Assembly (NCBI GenBank): GCA_963525915.1
Contig: CAURKX010000003.1
Location: forward strand, 29,427-93,426
From: an uncultured Candidatus Saccharibacteria bacterium
GTDB lineage: Bacteria > Patescibacteriota > Saccharimonadia > Saccharimonadales > Saccharimonadaceae
Length of the DNA stretch: 64,000 bases
Reading direction: 5' to 3'
Shown here: positions 9,401 through 20,314 of the stretch, piece by piece
Layout of the letters: each line of letters opens with the position of its first letter
How positions within the stretch are numbered: position 1 is the first letter of the stretch
The notes under the pieces: model-generated
Database searches by the model: none
The model's input: only the letters and a program-made list of their open reading frames with translations
What the model was told of the DNA's origin: nothing
Position numbers and translations under genes: made by a program

Positions 9401-11043
9401 CTTCTGACAGGGTAGGACCAAAGTGGCGCGCCAGTGTCACCAGAAATGACTGCGCGAGAGGAAATGATGTTATTGTACATCTCCAGGCCAGTCAGATTCC
9501 AACTCAAACCTTTACCAGCAGACCATGATTCAAGCGATTTACAAATTTGTGGGTTGTGAGCATCTCGCTCATTACAACCGTCCGTACGAGCATCCTCATT
9601 TAGCATGATCGGTCGGTTAGTTCGAGAGATGGTGTTGTTGTACACTTTGGAATTTGAACTACTTGAGACGCTAATACCAGCACCCGAGCCTTCAATGATG
9701 TTTGACGCGATGATCGTACCGTCTGAAACCTCATCAAAGATCGCGGTAGTTGTGTTGATGAAGAAGTTATTGACGATTTTCGCCTTAATACAACCTTCAT
9801 CGCACCAGACACCTGCTGTACCATTGCGCACATAATAGTCGTTACCAGTTGAAGCAGGATTCTTTGAGTTATCAACCACATTACCTCGGAACGTAAAGTT
9901 CTCAATGTGCGTCACTTTTATCTCAGAAACAGTACACCATGCCAAACAGACTGAACCATTGGTCAGATAATTTGCTGCGTTATTCTCTGTAAAGATGTTA
10001 TTTTCAAATGTTGTATTGTGTGCACGGTTAGCTCCTGCGCCATTACCACCATTGCCGATAAATTTGTTATTAACGATGCGCGCACCTTGTGCATCAGTAT
10101 TGAAACCAACTGAGGAGCTTTGCGTAAAGATAGAGTCTTGGACGACTGAGCCACGACCATTTACCACGATCATACTGGTCCCAACCTGATCTTCGGCCAA
10201 GTCACGATCCCAAGACCAACTCTGTACTGGTGAGTACTGTGCAACATTGATAGCTTTCATCGTGAAATTAGAGCCATCATCAGCCTGACGACCACCAACA
10301 GAGAAAGCGCGTGCTCGGTTGGTAATCTCTGTAGTACCACTAGATGGGTCAGAACCAACATAATATGTCAAATCATCTTCTGTGCCGACGTTAAAGCCTG
10401 CTCGATTATTGGTAGGGTCTTTTAGGGTAGTTGGGTTCTTGTCTTCAACATAGAATTTACCAGGGCCAACCTTGTTTTTTGCATCGACTTGTTCCAGTGG
10501 TTGATCGTCGATAAACATCTGCTCTGGGTAAGCAGCCATACCTTCTTTGGATGGGTTAGGGTTGACCGTACAAACACGACAGAAATTACGGAATTTACCC
10601 GTAGTCTTCCACATGTTACCTTCTTTAGTCCATCGATCTGCCGATACAATATCGCTACCCTTCATCCAGACTTCAGCATGAGGGGCAGCCTGGAAGGTAA
10701 TATTTTTCTTCGTGACAAAGAAATGAGGCTCTCGGTAAGCGCCACTCTTGGCTACAACTGTTCCTCCATCAGAAACGGCCTGTAAGCCTCGCCGAAAGGT
10801 CGCGAACGGTCGCGCTTCGGTACCATTCCCAGAATTGTCATTACCATCTGGCGAGATCCATGCCACATTGGTTGTCGGCACTGGATAATTGGTATCCATC
10901 GCTTTATATTTTTTGTGGACACTAGCCGCTTGTGCCATAAATGGATGTGTCAAAACCAACGCAAAAACTATTACAGCTGCGGCTGCCGGTATTGCTAGTT
11001 TAGCGACACGTTGATTCCTTTTTGATATACGAAGACGTACCAT
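6424..11043 (-). CDS. Large cell-surface protein: signal peptide, right-handed parallel beta-helix, internalin-like LRRs, duplicated Ala-rich helical repeats, C-terminal LPXTG-like (LADTG) anchor
   Basis: Signal peptide ending AQA; WISPDGNDNSGNGTEARPFAT; Asn-rich beta-helix repeats; LRR consensus (LQPLAGLTKLRALQLSGNKVADIQPL); LADTG + TM + KRRR tail. Confidence 0.85.
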   Translation of the reverse strand: MVRLRISKRNQRVAKLAIPAAAAVIVFALVLTHPFMAQAASVHKKYKAMDTNYPVPTTNVAWISPDGNDNSGNGTEARPFATFRRGLQAVSDGGTVVAKSGAYREPHFFVTKKNITFQAAPHAEVWMKGSDIVSADRWTKEGNMWKTTGKFRNFCRVCTVNPNPSKEGMAAYPEQMFIDDQPLEQVDAKNKVGPGKFYVEDKNPTTLKDPTNNRAGFNVGTEDDLTYYVGSDPSSGTTEITNRARAFSVGGRQADDGSNFTMKAINVAQYSPVQSWSWDRDLAEDQVGTSMIVVNGRGSVVQDSIFTQSSSVGFNTDAQGARIVNNKFIGNGGNGAGANRAHNTTFENNIFTENNAANYLTNGSVCLAWCTVSEIKVTHIENFTFRGNVVDNSKNPASTGNDYYVRNGTAGVWCDEGCIKAKIVNNFFINTTTAIFDEVSDGTIIASNIIEGSGAGISVSSSSNSKVYNNTISRTNRPIMLNEDARTDGCNERDAHNPQICKSLESWSAGKGLSWNLTGLEMYNNIISSRAVISGDTGAPLWSYPVRSTGGPNHTGPGTYTNDMFKGFDYNAYYRSSLQNEGTIMTWDLADVPNRLDILFANVKDIAKDSRVRSSIDGRDAHSLDLFGTRANNPYFIKEAEQNTDYRKSNYNLKPGSPAISSGKPLSAEVASAIDPSGQYVKPGVAVNRGALVNAYMDSTNSPTPPQPPAAQGVNIPDARLRQLLNKRLAEISGKARSDTQAITAQEMLTIDRMYVDNTGNITEDQRIKDLTGLEYAKNVTELSLGNHAITNLQPLAGLTKLRALQLSGNKVADIQPLAGLSELRSVNLSENVVANYSPLSSLNKLEQISMSGTNQTLDLSTFAGSKNSLKKISFYDYGRKTKVVNVQSLVGAPALTSLRLTGGQLSEDEITAIGRMTQLTELRLDYSTVMNAQPLAGLNHLTSLKLENQQGSMTTESEVFNSPLKDASGAPVTIENTATLVNEAAGKLKVAAPVYDGQPHALQANWNKQITVNGKPFAFSGTLHVTATLPKPDLSALRTAIANAEKEPAYITNDATVKQALAKAKEVEKQPNPTATAIQKAASDLNTAVTNAKKKEADAQTAAEQAVAQAEHNQDPDDVTSANAKVAAVQDPAKKQAFQDRLNQVTANVTAARNALSALITKAKDPATTAGMSQETKDAVAAQATQAEQVAANAGASVAELNAAKAALQAKLDALRPDLSALRTAIANAEKEPAYITNDATVKQALAKAKEVEKQPNPTATAIQKAASDLNTAVTNAKKKEADAQTAAEQAVAQAESNKTQAAVNAARALVANVQDTAKRTALENRLNAIVIPGPQDPRNKMTIAQPHHRSLTVETSGNSCYNLATAQTASTPDRYNNRVLREGVDFTINCNNQAPAVGFTARVTLTLSRRYANTNRLTIGKIMNGRVYQDITSRVTFGNTPDGKYTTIAYDLTDGGFGDGDGIANGTIIDPVGIYEEEDATQNGNQNANSGGNNPVAKIAKKASNALADTGSNAIVIALGSIAVVATGAWIIIKRRR
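7153..7392. repeat. 240-bp direct repeat, copy 1
   Basis: Identical by eye to 7708-7947 (offset 555 bp = 185 codons); encodes 80 aa PDLSALRTAIANAEKE...AVAQAE. Confidence 0.95.
7708..7947. repeat. 240-bp direct repeat, copy 2
   Basis: Identical by eye to 7153-7392. Confidence 0.95.
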
Positions 11044-11162
11044 CCCTATTTTTCTCCCTCTCCTCAGTTGTGTGTATTAAAACTACCTGCCACCAGTGTA
11101 GCATGAGCGATTTCGTCCTGTCAAATTGTCAACTACTGTTTTTTGTCCTATAATGATTATCC

Positions 11163-11837
11163 ATGATGCACGCTTTTGTAGACTTTATTATTCACTTTGG
11201 CATTATCGCCGTTTTATTTGTTGTATTTGCCGAGTCAGGTCTATTGTTTGGGTTTATTTTCCCTGGCGATAGTCTACTATTCACTGCTGGTTATATGATA
11301 CAACAACACATTTTGCCAATTGACATTGCGATATTCGTGCTTTTACTTATCATCGCGGCCATTGCCGGAGACTCAGTCGGTTATACCTTCGGTCACAAGG
11401 TAGGCCGGAAATTATTTGAGCGAAAGAACTCGCGCTTATTCAAACGTAAGTATCTCATCCAGGCTGAGAAGTTTTATGAAAAACATGGTGCCATCACGGT
11501 GATCCTAGCGCGATTTGTACCAATTGTGCGCACATTCGCCCCGATCGTAGCCGGTGCAGGCAAAATGCATTATCGAACCTTCTTATTATTTAATGTTATT
11601 GGTGGCATCTTATGGGCGTCGCTATTTACCTACCTGGGCTTCTTTGCTGGCAAAGCGCTGACTGAAGCTGGCATCAACGTCGAAGTTGCTGCCCTGATCA
11701 TCATTTTCCTATCAGTCCTCCCAATGATCATTCACGCGCTCAAACAAGAATCCACCAAGGCAGCCATTAAAAAACAATTGTCTGTTCTATTTTCAAAGAA
11801 CAAACAGCCGAAGTCGGCTACTAAAAAGCGCAAATAA
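11163..11837 (+). CDS. DedA/VTT family membrane protein
   Basis: FAESGLLFGFIFPGDSLLFTAG, LARFVPIVRTFAPIVAG. Confidence 0.93.
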   Translation: MMHAFVDFIIHFGIIAVLFVVFAESGLLFGFIFPGDSLLFTAGYMIQQHILPIDIAIFVLLLIIAAIAGDSVGYTFGHKVGRKLFERKNSRLFKRKYLIQAEKFYEKHGAITVILARFVPIVRTFAPIVAGAGKMHYRTFLLFNVIGGILWASLFTYLGFFAGKALTEAGINVEVAALIIIFLSVLPMIIHALKQESTKAAIKKQLSVLFSKNKQPKSATKKRK

Positions 11838-11862
11838 CATTCTTGCATCTAACGAGGCTGTT

Positions 11863-14679
11863 CTATTTCAGTAGCGGCTTGAGGTACTTACCGGTAAATG
11901 ACTCTGTGTTCTTGGTAATGTCTTCTGGCGTTCCGCTAGCAACCACCGTACCGCCACCCATACCACCTTCTGGGCCCATATCAATGATCCAGTCTGCCGA
12001 CTTGATGACGTCCAAATTATGCTCAATCACAATCATGCTATTTCCACCTTCAACAAGCTTGTGTAAAATCCCCAACAATCGCTTAACATCAGCCGAATGC
12101 AACCCGGTGGTTGGCTCATCCAAAATATACATAGTTTTGCCTGTTGAGCGTTTTGATAACTCAGTCGCTAATTTGATGCGCTGCGCTTCCCCGCCAGAGA
12201 AGGTGGTTGCTGGCTGGCCCAAACGAATATAGCCCAGACCAACCTCCACTAACGTCTCAAGCTTCCGATGAATAGATGGGATACTGTCAAAGAATTCGGC
12301 AGCTTGTTCCACCGTCATTTCCAGCACATCAGAGATGGTGCGGTCTTTATAGGTAATTTCGAGCGCCTCACGGTTGTACCGCTTGCCCTTACATTCGTCA
12401 CACATCACATATACGTCTGGCAAAAAGTGCATTTCAATTTTTATCACGCCATCACCCTGACAATTTTCACAGCGACCGCCCTTGACGTTAAAACTAAACC
12501 GACCTGCTTTGTAGCCACGAACATTCGCTTCTGGCATGGCAGCAAATAATTCACGAATTGGCGTAAATATACCTGTGTAGGTGGCTGGGTTTGAGCGCGG
12601 CGTGCGACCAATCGGCGACTGGTCGATGACGATGGCTTTGTCTAGTAGCTTAATGCCGTCGATGCGGTCGTGTTTACCTGGCACAACCTGTGAACGATTG
12701 AGTCGAGCCGCTAGTTCTTTAGCTACAATGTCATTAACCAGCGTCGATTTACCACTACCAGACACACCAGACACCACTGTCATCAGTCCCAACGGAAACG
12801 CCACGTCAATATTCTTCAAATTATTTTCCCGAGCACCACGTACAATCAGTTGCTGACCCTGGTTTGGCTTTCTGCGCTTTTTTGGTACTGCAATTTTTTC
12901 TACGCCGCTCAAATAGCGACCGGTGATACTGTCTGGATTTTTCGCTACTTCTTCAGGCGAACCCATGGCGACGATTTGCCCGCCTTTCGAACCAGCACCC
13001 GGCCCCATGTCGACCAAAAAGTCACTTTGGCGGATGGTATCTTCATCGTGCTCCACCACCAGCACTGTATTGCCAAGATCACGCAGACGCTTCAGAGTAT
13101 CAATCAGCCGATCATTATCTCGCTGATGCAGGCCAATGGACGGTTCATCCAGGACATACAGCACACCCTGCAAACCCGAGCCAATTTGTGTCGCTAGTCG
13201 AATGCGCTGAGCCTCTCCACCACTCAAAGTGTTAGCCGCTCGTCCCAGCTCCAGATAGTTCAAACCAACATTACTCATGAAGCCCAACCGCGCGTTGATC
13301 TCCTTTAATATCAGCCGCGCGATCATCGTTTCCTGTTCCGTCAACTTCAGCTTGCGAGTAAACAAATCCAACGCATCGTCAACGCCCAAATCACAAATAT
13401 CAACAATATTCAGCCCATGAACCGTCACCGCCAAGACCACTGGCTTGAGACGAGCGCCTTTACAAAGATAACAGGCTCGTTCGCGCATAAATCGTTCAAT
13501 GTCTTTACGCATAAATTCGCTGTCAGTCTCACGATGTCGACGCTCCAGATTCGGAATAACTCCCTCGTAAGTCGTATCATAATGCCGGCCATTACCAAGC
13601 TCAATGCGATATTTCTGCGCCCCCGTGCCGTACAAAATTTTCTGTTTAGCCTCATTTGACAGTTTCTTAACAGGAGTTCGCATACTAAAATCATGAGCTT
13701 CTGCAACAGCTATGATTTTTTTCATATAGAAATTGTCGACATTGACGCGGTTGTATGGTCTGATGGCGCCTTCGGCGATGGTCAAATTGTCATTAAACAC
13801 CAACTCCGGATCAATCTCCATGCGGCTACCCAAACCAGTACAGCTCGGGCAGGCTCCTTGTGGCGCATTAAAACTAAACAGTCGCGGTTCCAGCTCAGGA
13901 ATATCTTCTTCGGGATGATCAACACAGGCATATCGCTGCGAAAACGTTCGCACCTGATCATCATCAGCGTCCAAAACCTCCACAATTCCCTGACCCAAGT
14001 CCAAGGCTTGCTCCACACTCTGAGACAACCGACCAGTCAATTCACTGTTCAATGCCAAGCGGTCAACCACCAGCTCAATCGAGTGCTTGTAGCTCTTTTG
14101 CAGCTCTGGAAATTCGTCCAGGGCATACACCACGCCATCAACCCTAACACGAGCATAACCCAGCCGACGGTACTGCTCAGGGATGTGCGCAAATTCACCT
14201 TTTTTATTTTTAACAATTGGCGCCAGCAGTAAAATCCGGTGCCCGTCATACTGCTTGATGATTTCTTGGATGATGGCTTCGGTGGTGCGCCGCGACACTG
14301 CTTTGCCGCAAATTGGACAGTGCGGCACGCCGATGCGCGCAAACAACAGTCGCAAATAGTCGTAAATCTCAGTCACTGTCGCCACCGTCGAGCGTGGGTT
14401 ACGGCTGGTTGATTTTTGATCAATCGAAATAGCTGGACTCAAGCCATCGATGCTATCAACATCAGGCTTATCCATCGTTCCCAAAAACTGCCGAGCATAC
14501 GAGTTCAAGCTCTCCATATAACGGCGCTGACCCTCAGCATAAATCGTATCAAACGCCAGACTTGATTTGCCTGAACCACTCAGGCCAGTGATGACCACAA
14601 ACTTATCACGCGGCAATTCCACGCTGACATTTTTCAGATTGTGCTCGCGAGCACCTTTGACTCGAATAACCTCCGGCAT
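11863..14679 (-). CDS. uvrA: Excinuclease ABC subunit A
   Basis: GAREHNLKN, two ABC ATPase sites ([18 protein letters not shown]), LSGGEAQRI, zinc fingers. Confidence 0.98.
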   Translation of the reverse strand: MPEVIRVKGAREHNLKNVSVELPRDKFVVITGLSGSGKSSLAFDTIYAEGQRRYMESLNSYARQFLGTMDKPDVDSIDGLSPAISIDQKSTSRNPRSTVATVTEIYDYLRLLFARIGVPHCPICGKAVSRRTTEAIIQEIIKQYDGHRILLLAPIVKNKKGEFAHIPEQYRRLGYARVRVDGVVYALDEFPELQKSYKHSIELVVDRLALNSELTGRLSQSVEQALDLGQGIVEVLDADDDQVRTFSQRYACVDHPEEDIPELEPRLFSFNAPQGACPSCTGLGSRMEIDPELVFNDNLTIAEGAIRPYNRVNVDNFYMKKIIAVAEAHDFSMRTPVKKLSNEAKQKILYGTGAQKYRIELGNGRHYDTTYEGVIPNLERRHRETDSEFMRKDIERFMRERACYLCKGARLKPVVLAVTVHGLNIVDICDLGVDDALDLFTRKLKLTEQETMIARLILKEINARLGFMSNVGLNYLELGRAANTLSGGEAQRIRLATQIGSGLQGVLYVLDEPSIGLHQRDNDRLIDTLKRLRDLGNTVLVVEHDEDTIRQSDFLVDMGPGAGSKGGQIVAMGSPEEVAKNPDSITGRYLSGVEKIAVPKKRRKPNQGQQLIVRGARENNLKNIDVAFPLGLMTVVSGVSGSGKSTLVNDIVAKELAARLNRSQVVPGKHDRIDGIKLLDKAIVIDQSPIGRTPRSNPATYTGIFTPIRELFAAMPEANVRGYKAGRFSFNVKGGRCENCQGDGVIKIEMHFLPDVYVMCDECKGKRYNREALEITYKDRTISDVLEMTVEQAAEFFDSIPSIHRKLETLVEVGLGYIRLGQPATTFSGGEAQRIKLATELSKRSTGKTMYILDEPTTGLHSADVKRLLGILHKLVEGGNSMIVIEHNLDVIKSADWIIDMGPEGGMGGGTVVASGTPEDITKNTESFTGKYLKPLLK

Positions 14680-14801
14680 AGCCGCTCTATTATACCGGTT
14701 TTTTATCTTTTTTTCCAGACATTACCTAAATATTGTATTATACATCACCACATATTGCTTATGATTGCAAGTCAAGCTTTTATCTGTTACAGTTACAATA
14801 T

Positions 14802-15185
14802 ATGCGAAGGTTGAGTATTTACTTACTGCTAATTATTGGTGCGGTTTTCATCACACCGATACTTTTTGACCAGCTTTGTATGTTCGTGTTTCTTGGCAAG
14901 CTTCCGTTTCTGAACGTTAATTTGTCAGCTACCTCCATGATCATTTTCTGGCTCGCCCTTGTGCCAATCTACCGCATTTTGCGAGCAGCCATTCCGGTAT
15001 CATTTGACGATATCAAAGAACTCATCCAATGTATTTCTCAAAAACGCCTCAACAACAGTGTGTTATGTCAAGACCATGACCTAACCTTGTTGTTTATCTA
15101 TCTGGCGCATGAAGCTAAGAAAGCAAAAATGAGTGAACCAGACACCCGTATGGGCGCCCAAAAGCTTGCTCCATCTTTAACCTAA
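14802..15185 (+). CDS. Hypothetical membrane protein (start likely ATG 14802)
   Basis: ORF with hydrophobic segments filling the gap between uvrA and sbcB. Confidence 0.55.
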   Translation: MRRLSIYLLLIIGAVFITPILFDQLCMFVFLGKLPFLNVNLSATSMIIFWLALVPIYRILRAAIPVSFDDIKELIQCISQKRLNNSVLCQDHDLTLLFIYLAHEAKKAKMSEPDTRMGAQKLAPSLT

Positions 15186-16594
15186 ACGATAGGCAGCACC
15201 GCCTCCGCCCACAACTGTAGTTCCTGCAAAATGAACTGCTGTTCGTCAGTCGCTGTCGGCGCTAACCGCTGCAGAGACGCCATAAATTGTGGTAGTTGTG
15301 TCTGCAGGTGTTGGGCCCGCCATGCTTCCCACTGCGCCAGATCATCTTCGCTGAGCGAGCGTGGAAAGTTACGCGCTTTGTAGTGCAGCAGCAATGGCGC
15401 CAACCGTTCGTCCTGGAACTCTGGATGAAAATCAGCTAGCTCGCGCTCATCGGCATTGCGCACCGCCTCAACTCGCAAGCGGTCGCGGTCATTCAAAAAG
15501 CCGTCGTATAATTGTGCTTCTGGGTCAGGCAATTTCTTAAATGCTGGCTTATTTTCAAAAATACCACGCAATTTTTCAGCAAAATCTGGATATTTCAACA
15601 ACATATCTTGATGCTTCTGTACCGTCGCCAGATCAAGCGAAATTTTCTGCCAGCCATCACCCTGTTCCAGCACACCCAGCGGTGCCACTGCTGGACAACG
15701 ATTGTACTGTAATTCTTTGACTGGTAGTTTAACGAAATCCTCAGCTTGCCGCTCCTCCCAGGAAGCAAAGATTTTCTTGGCCAACTCCTCTTGGCTCAGC
15801 CCAACAAACGGCGTCGGATCATAACGCAGGTCATAGACAACCACACCGCCATTTCGACTGGTCGTCAGTGGAAAGGCCACTGTAGTTTTAGTAAACTCTT
15901 TGTCGTACCGCCCGCTGGCATAAACAAACGGTTTTTTGTCGTCGACATTGACCAGTTGCTGGATTAATTTTTTGTCACGCATTTTCAGCAAGTAATCATA
16001 CAGCTGAGGCTGTTTTTGCTTAATCAATTTCGTCACGGCAATCAGCGCCGTTACGTCTGCCAAAGCGTCATGAGCATTTTCATGCGCAATGCCATTGGCG
16101 CTAGTGATCAGTTCCAGGCGGTTGCTTGGCTCACCCTTAGCATCAAGTGGCCAATTAATTCCTTCTGGCCTGAGCGCCCTGGTCAGTCGCACTACATCGA
16201 GTATATCCCAACGCGATCGACCTTCCTTCCAGCTCCACTCATACGGATCATGAAAATTACGCCACAACAAATGGCGAATAAATTCGTCGTCAAACCGAAT
16301 ATTATTAAAGCCAACCGCGATAGTATCCGGCGTAAAAATCTCCTTGCTGAGCATCCGTGCAAACTGTGCCTCGGTGTAACCTTCCTCGACCGTTTTTTGC
16401 GGCGTGATGCCAGTCACCATCAGCGCATCAGGACTCGGCAAGGTATCATCATTGAGCGTCACCAGCAGATTATACGGCTCACCAATTGGTTCCAGGTCCA
16501 TGTCCGTCCGCTGTCCAGCAAACTGCATAATGCGGTCTTGCCGCGGATTCAGTCCGCTGGTTTCCAGGTCGTAGAAGAAAAATGTTTGCGCCAT
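15182..16594 (-). CDS. sbcB: Exodeoxyribonuclease I
   Basis: FFFYDLETSG...QFAGQRTD, GFNNIRFDDE, NAHDALADV (DEDDh), NRCPAVAP. Confidence 0.95.
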   Translation of the reverse strand: MAQTFFFYDLETSGLNPRQDRIMQFAGQRTDMDLEPIGEPYNLLVTLNDDTLPSPDALMVTGITPQKTVEEGYTEAQFARMLSKEIFTPDTIAVGFNNIRFDDEFIRHLLWRNFHDPYEWSWKEGRSRWDILDVVRLTRALRPEGINWPLDAKGEPSNRLELITSANGIAHENAHDALADVTALIAVTKLIKQKQPQLYDYLLKMRDKKLIQQLVNVDDKKPFVYASGRYDKEFTKTTVAFPLTTSRNGGVVVYDLRYDPTPFVGLSQEELAKKIFASWEERQAEDFVKLPVKELQYNRCPAVAPLGVLEQGDGWQKISLDLATVQKHQDMLLKYPDFAEKLRGIFENKPAFKKLPDPEAQLYDGFLNDRDRLRVEAVRNADERELADFHPEFQDERLAPLLLHYKARNFPRSLSEDDLAQWEAWRAQHLQTQLPQFMASLQRLAPTATDEQQFILQELQLWAEAVLPIV

Positions 16595-16599
16595 GATTA

Positions 16600-17496
16600 T
16601 TAATCATTGTTAATTGCCGCTATCGCTTCTCGAGCAAGGAACCGTTGAGGACCAGGCATGCGATCTTTTTCTCCGTGCAACAAATCGTACACATCCAGTT
16701 TCAATGCCTTCGCAGCATCCGAGCGCGTATCATCTCTCCATTCCCTAATGATAGGTGAACGAAGAGTCTCGTCCACTGATGCCTGAGGGTCAACCGACGC
16801 TTCTTTCAGTACCTCTTCTGGCACATGAATCCTACCGTCTTCCCAGCGCAATTTCAGATGGTTTAATGCAATCAACTGTTCAACGTTCTCCCCAAAATAA
16901 TCAGATACAGCAGGAGTGCGCAGCTCAGCACCCGCCAGGGCTAAATGTACATTGTACGCCCCGCCCAGTTTATGATAAATTTTCTTCAATTCTTCCGCGC
17001 TCAACGCAGGTTGTTCCTCTGGTCTCACATAGTCGGCCTTCGTTGCGTCAAGCCAGTCAGCATAATATCCAGCCGCCTTTTCAGAACCAAACTGTTTCTT
17101 TTTAAGGCCAGCCAATACATACTGTGTCAATTTGCCAACTGGCCCATCGAGCAGTGACTCAACATTTCCCTTACGAACTTGTGCTGCCAAGCGTTCAACA
17201 TATTCTTTAGGCTGACTTTTTAAATAATGATCACCACTGAGCGGCTCCTCACCCCGCAACGCTCTGAGAATATCGTTCTGTGCGCACTTAAAAGCCACAT
17301 GCTTCTGGACGTTGGGGCCAAAATGATAACGACGTACCGCAGGAGCAAACATAAGCTCCAACGAGGTCAACCCGACAGCCCCAACCGCCCCTACGGTGGC
17401 CTCTCGATTTGATTTATATGCAATTTTGTTTTCCAGTCGCCCGATCTCCCAATAGCTCGGTACAGTCATCTGCCGCTCTGTGTTACTACTACCCAT
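16600..17496 (-). CDS. Hypothetical protein, weak similarity to the squalene/phytoene synthase fold
   Basis: SD GAGGAGG; segments ADY...LSAEELKKIY and NHLKLRWEDGRIHVPEEVLKEASV; no DDxxD motifs. Confidence 0.55.
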   Translation of the reverse strand: MGSSNTERQMTVPSYWEIGRLENKIAYKSNREATVGAVGAVGLTSLELMFAPAVRRYHFGPNVQKHVAFKCAQNDILRALRGEEPLSGDHYLKSQPKEYVERLAAQVRKGNVESLLDGPVGKLTQYVLAGLKKKQFGSEKAAGYYADWLDATKADYVRPEEQPALSAEELKKIYHKLGGAYNVHLALAGAELRTPAVSDYFGENVEQLIALNHLKLRWEDGRIHVPEEVLKEASVDPQASVDETLRSPIIREWRDDTRSDAAKALKLDVYDLLHGEKDRMPGPQRFLAREAIAAINND

Positions 17497-17556
17497 GATA
17501 CCTCCTCGTCTGATTAGCGATTTATACCTAATTATACCACTATTGACGATGTCAAG

Positions 17557-18939
<1,383 letters not shown>

Positions 18940-20058
18940 TTAATGAATATAATTATAAGCGCCTGGGTTGGTCAGCTCACGATGAGTGATGACATTATAG
19001 CCAGCAAAGTTCATGTCGCTCACAAATACCCGACCGTTCTCAACCCGATCAACAATTCCAACGTGTCCATAGTAGCCACCTGAGCTCTGGAAGATAGCAC
19101 CCGGAGCTGGTGTCTTATTGACCGTAAAGCCAGCAGCGCGCGCACTTGCTGCCCAGGTATTGGCGTTACCCCAGAAGCTACCGATTGGACGACCAAGTGC
19201 TAAACGTCGCTCATATGAGTACCACGTACAGTTACCTGGTGCGTATCGGTTACCAACAGAAGCAGCAACGTTACCGTAACTTACGCCACTATAACCAGAA
19301 TGACTATTACTGCTTCGTCCACCGCGCGGTGCGACATACCCTGGACGCTCATTTTCTGGCAGTTCACCACCAGGCAAGACGATGCGCGTATTTACCGTTG
19401 GCTGTGCTACGCGGTCCAGCGAGTTATACAATAAGACTCGCTCAGCATCAACCTTATACTTTGAAGCGATGGCTGCGATGGTATCGCCTTCCTTGACAGT
19501 GTAAACCACACCATCGACTTGTGGCACTAACAGCGTCCTACCTGGTTCAACAGCGTCAGAGGTCATATTGTTCGCCCAACGCAGTGTCTGGGCTGAGATT
19601 TTGAACTTAGCAGCAATTTTAGCTAAATCATCACCCGGCTTAGTAACATATTCGGTAATACCACGCTGAGATGATGTTTCCGGCTGGATAAGCTGCGGTT
19701 TAGAGATAACCTCTGCGTCAGTTTGAGCTAACTGCTTCTGGATTTGCAAAGAAGTAGTTGCTTCGCGCAAGTCACCAGCAGATGGTAAATCAGTAGCCTC
19801 TGCTAAACTAGCGACGGCGTCAGCCACCTCTAATTGATCGACTGACATTTTTTCCTTACTTGTGGTTGTAGACTTTGGATTTGGGTTAGCAACCTGAGAC
19901 TCTTGGGCAGAAACCTCCACTCCAGTAACCCCGGTCCCCTGATGATAATTATTAATAGTCAAAAATGAAACAATAAGTGCAAATAGGGCTACATAGATAG
20001 AAGCTGACCGTACTCGCGCTAGACGACTCTGTCGAGTCTTTGATGTGTTACGAATAAT
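18940..20058 (-). CDS. LysM-LysM-CHAP peptidoglycan hydrolase; probable non-canonical ATT start at 20058/20055
   Basis: Two LysM domains (YVTKPGDDLAKIA, YTVKEGDTIAAIA); CHAP domain (GNCTWY, WGNANTW, YGHVGIV); frame open upstream of TTG 19962 through a hydrophobic segment to AGGAG-aacg-ATTATT. Confidence 0.88.
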   Translation of the reverse strand: MIRNTSKTRQSRLARVRSASIYVALFALIVSFLTINNYHQGTGVTGVEVSAQESQVANPNPKSTTTSKEKMSVDQLEVADAVASLAEATDLPSAGDLREATTSLQIQKQLAQTDAEVISKPQLIQPETSSQRGITEYVTKPGDDLAKIAAKFKISAQTLRWANNMTSDAVEPGRTLLVPQVDGVVYTVKEGDTIAAIASKYKVDAERVLLYNSLDRVAQPTVNTRIVLPGGELPENERPGYVAPRGGRSSNSHSGYSGVSYGNVAASVGNRYAPGNCTWYSYERRLALGRPIGSFWGNANTWAASARAAGFTVNKTPAPGAIFQSSGGYYGHVGIVDRVENGRVFVSDMNFAGYNVITHRELTNPGAYNYIH

Positions 20059-20261
20059 CGTTCTCCTGCATTGACGTTACCGCCAGTGCTACTACCATAA
20101 TGAGTCTTTCTTCTCGCAATAGAACAGGATACGTTGTCGACCTAATAATTAGTGATATTTCATAAACGATTAGTTTTGTGCTGTATCCGTACGACCGTTT
20201 TGGTAGGCTCAACCTCAGACAGCCAAAACAAAGTTAACTGTTCATGGTTAAGCTGACATCT

Positions 20262-20290
20262 ATTATAGTCTATATTGACATTTAAGTCAA
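20262..20290 (-). promoter_or_regulatory. Near-consensus sigma70 promoter for the LysM-CHAP gene
   Basis: TTGACT (20290-20285), 17 nt, TATAAT (20267-20262). Confidence 0.8.
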
Positions 20291-20314
20291 AACATTTTTA
20301 GAAAATACATTTTG

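Noticed and set aside
20060..20258. c-di-AMP (ydaO) riboswitch
   Set aside because: The gene context fits, but the conserved GCUGAAUCC / CCCGUCAGCUAAC-type blocks are not visible; kept only as an unknown leader.
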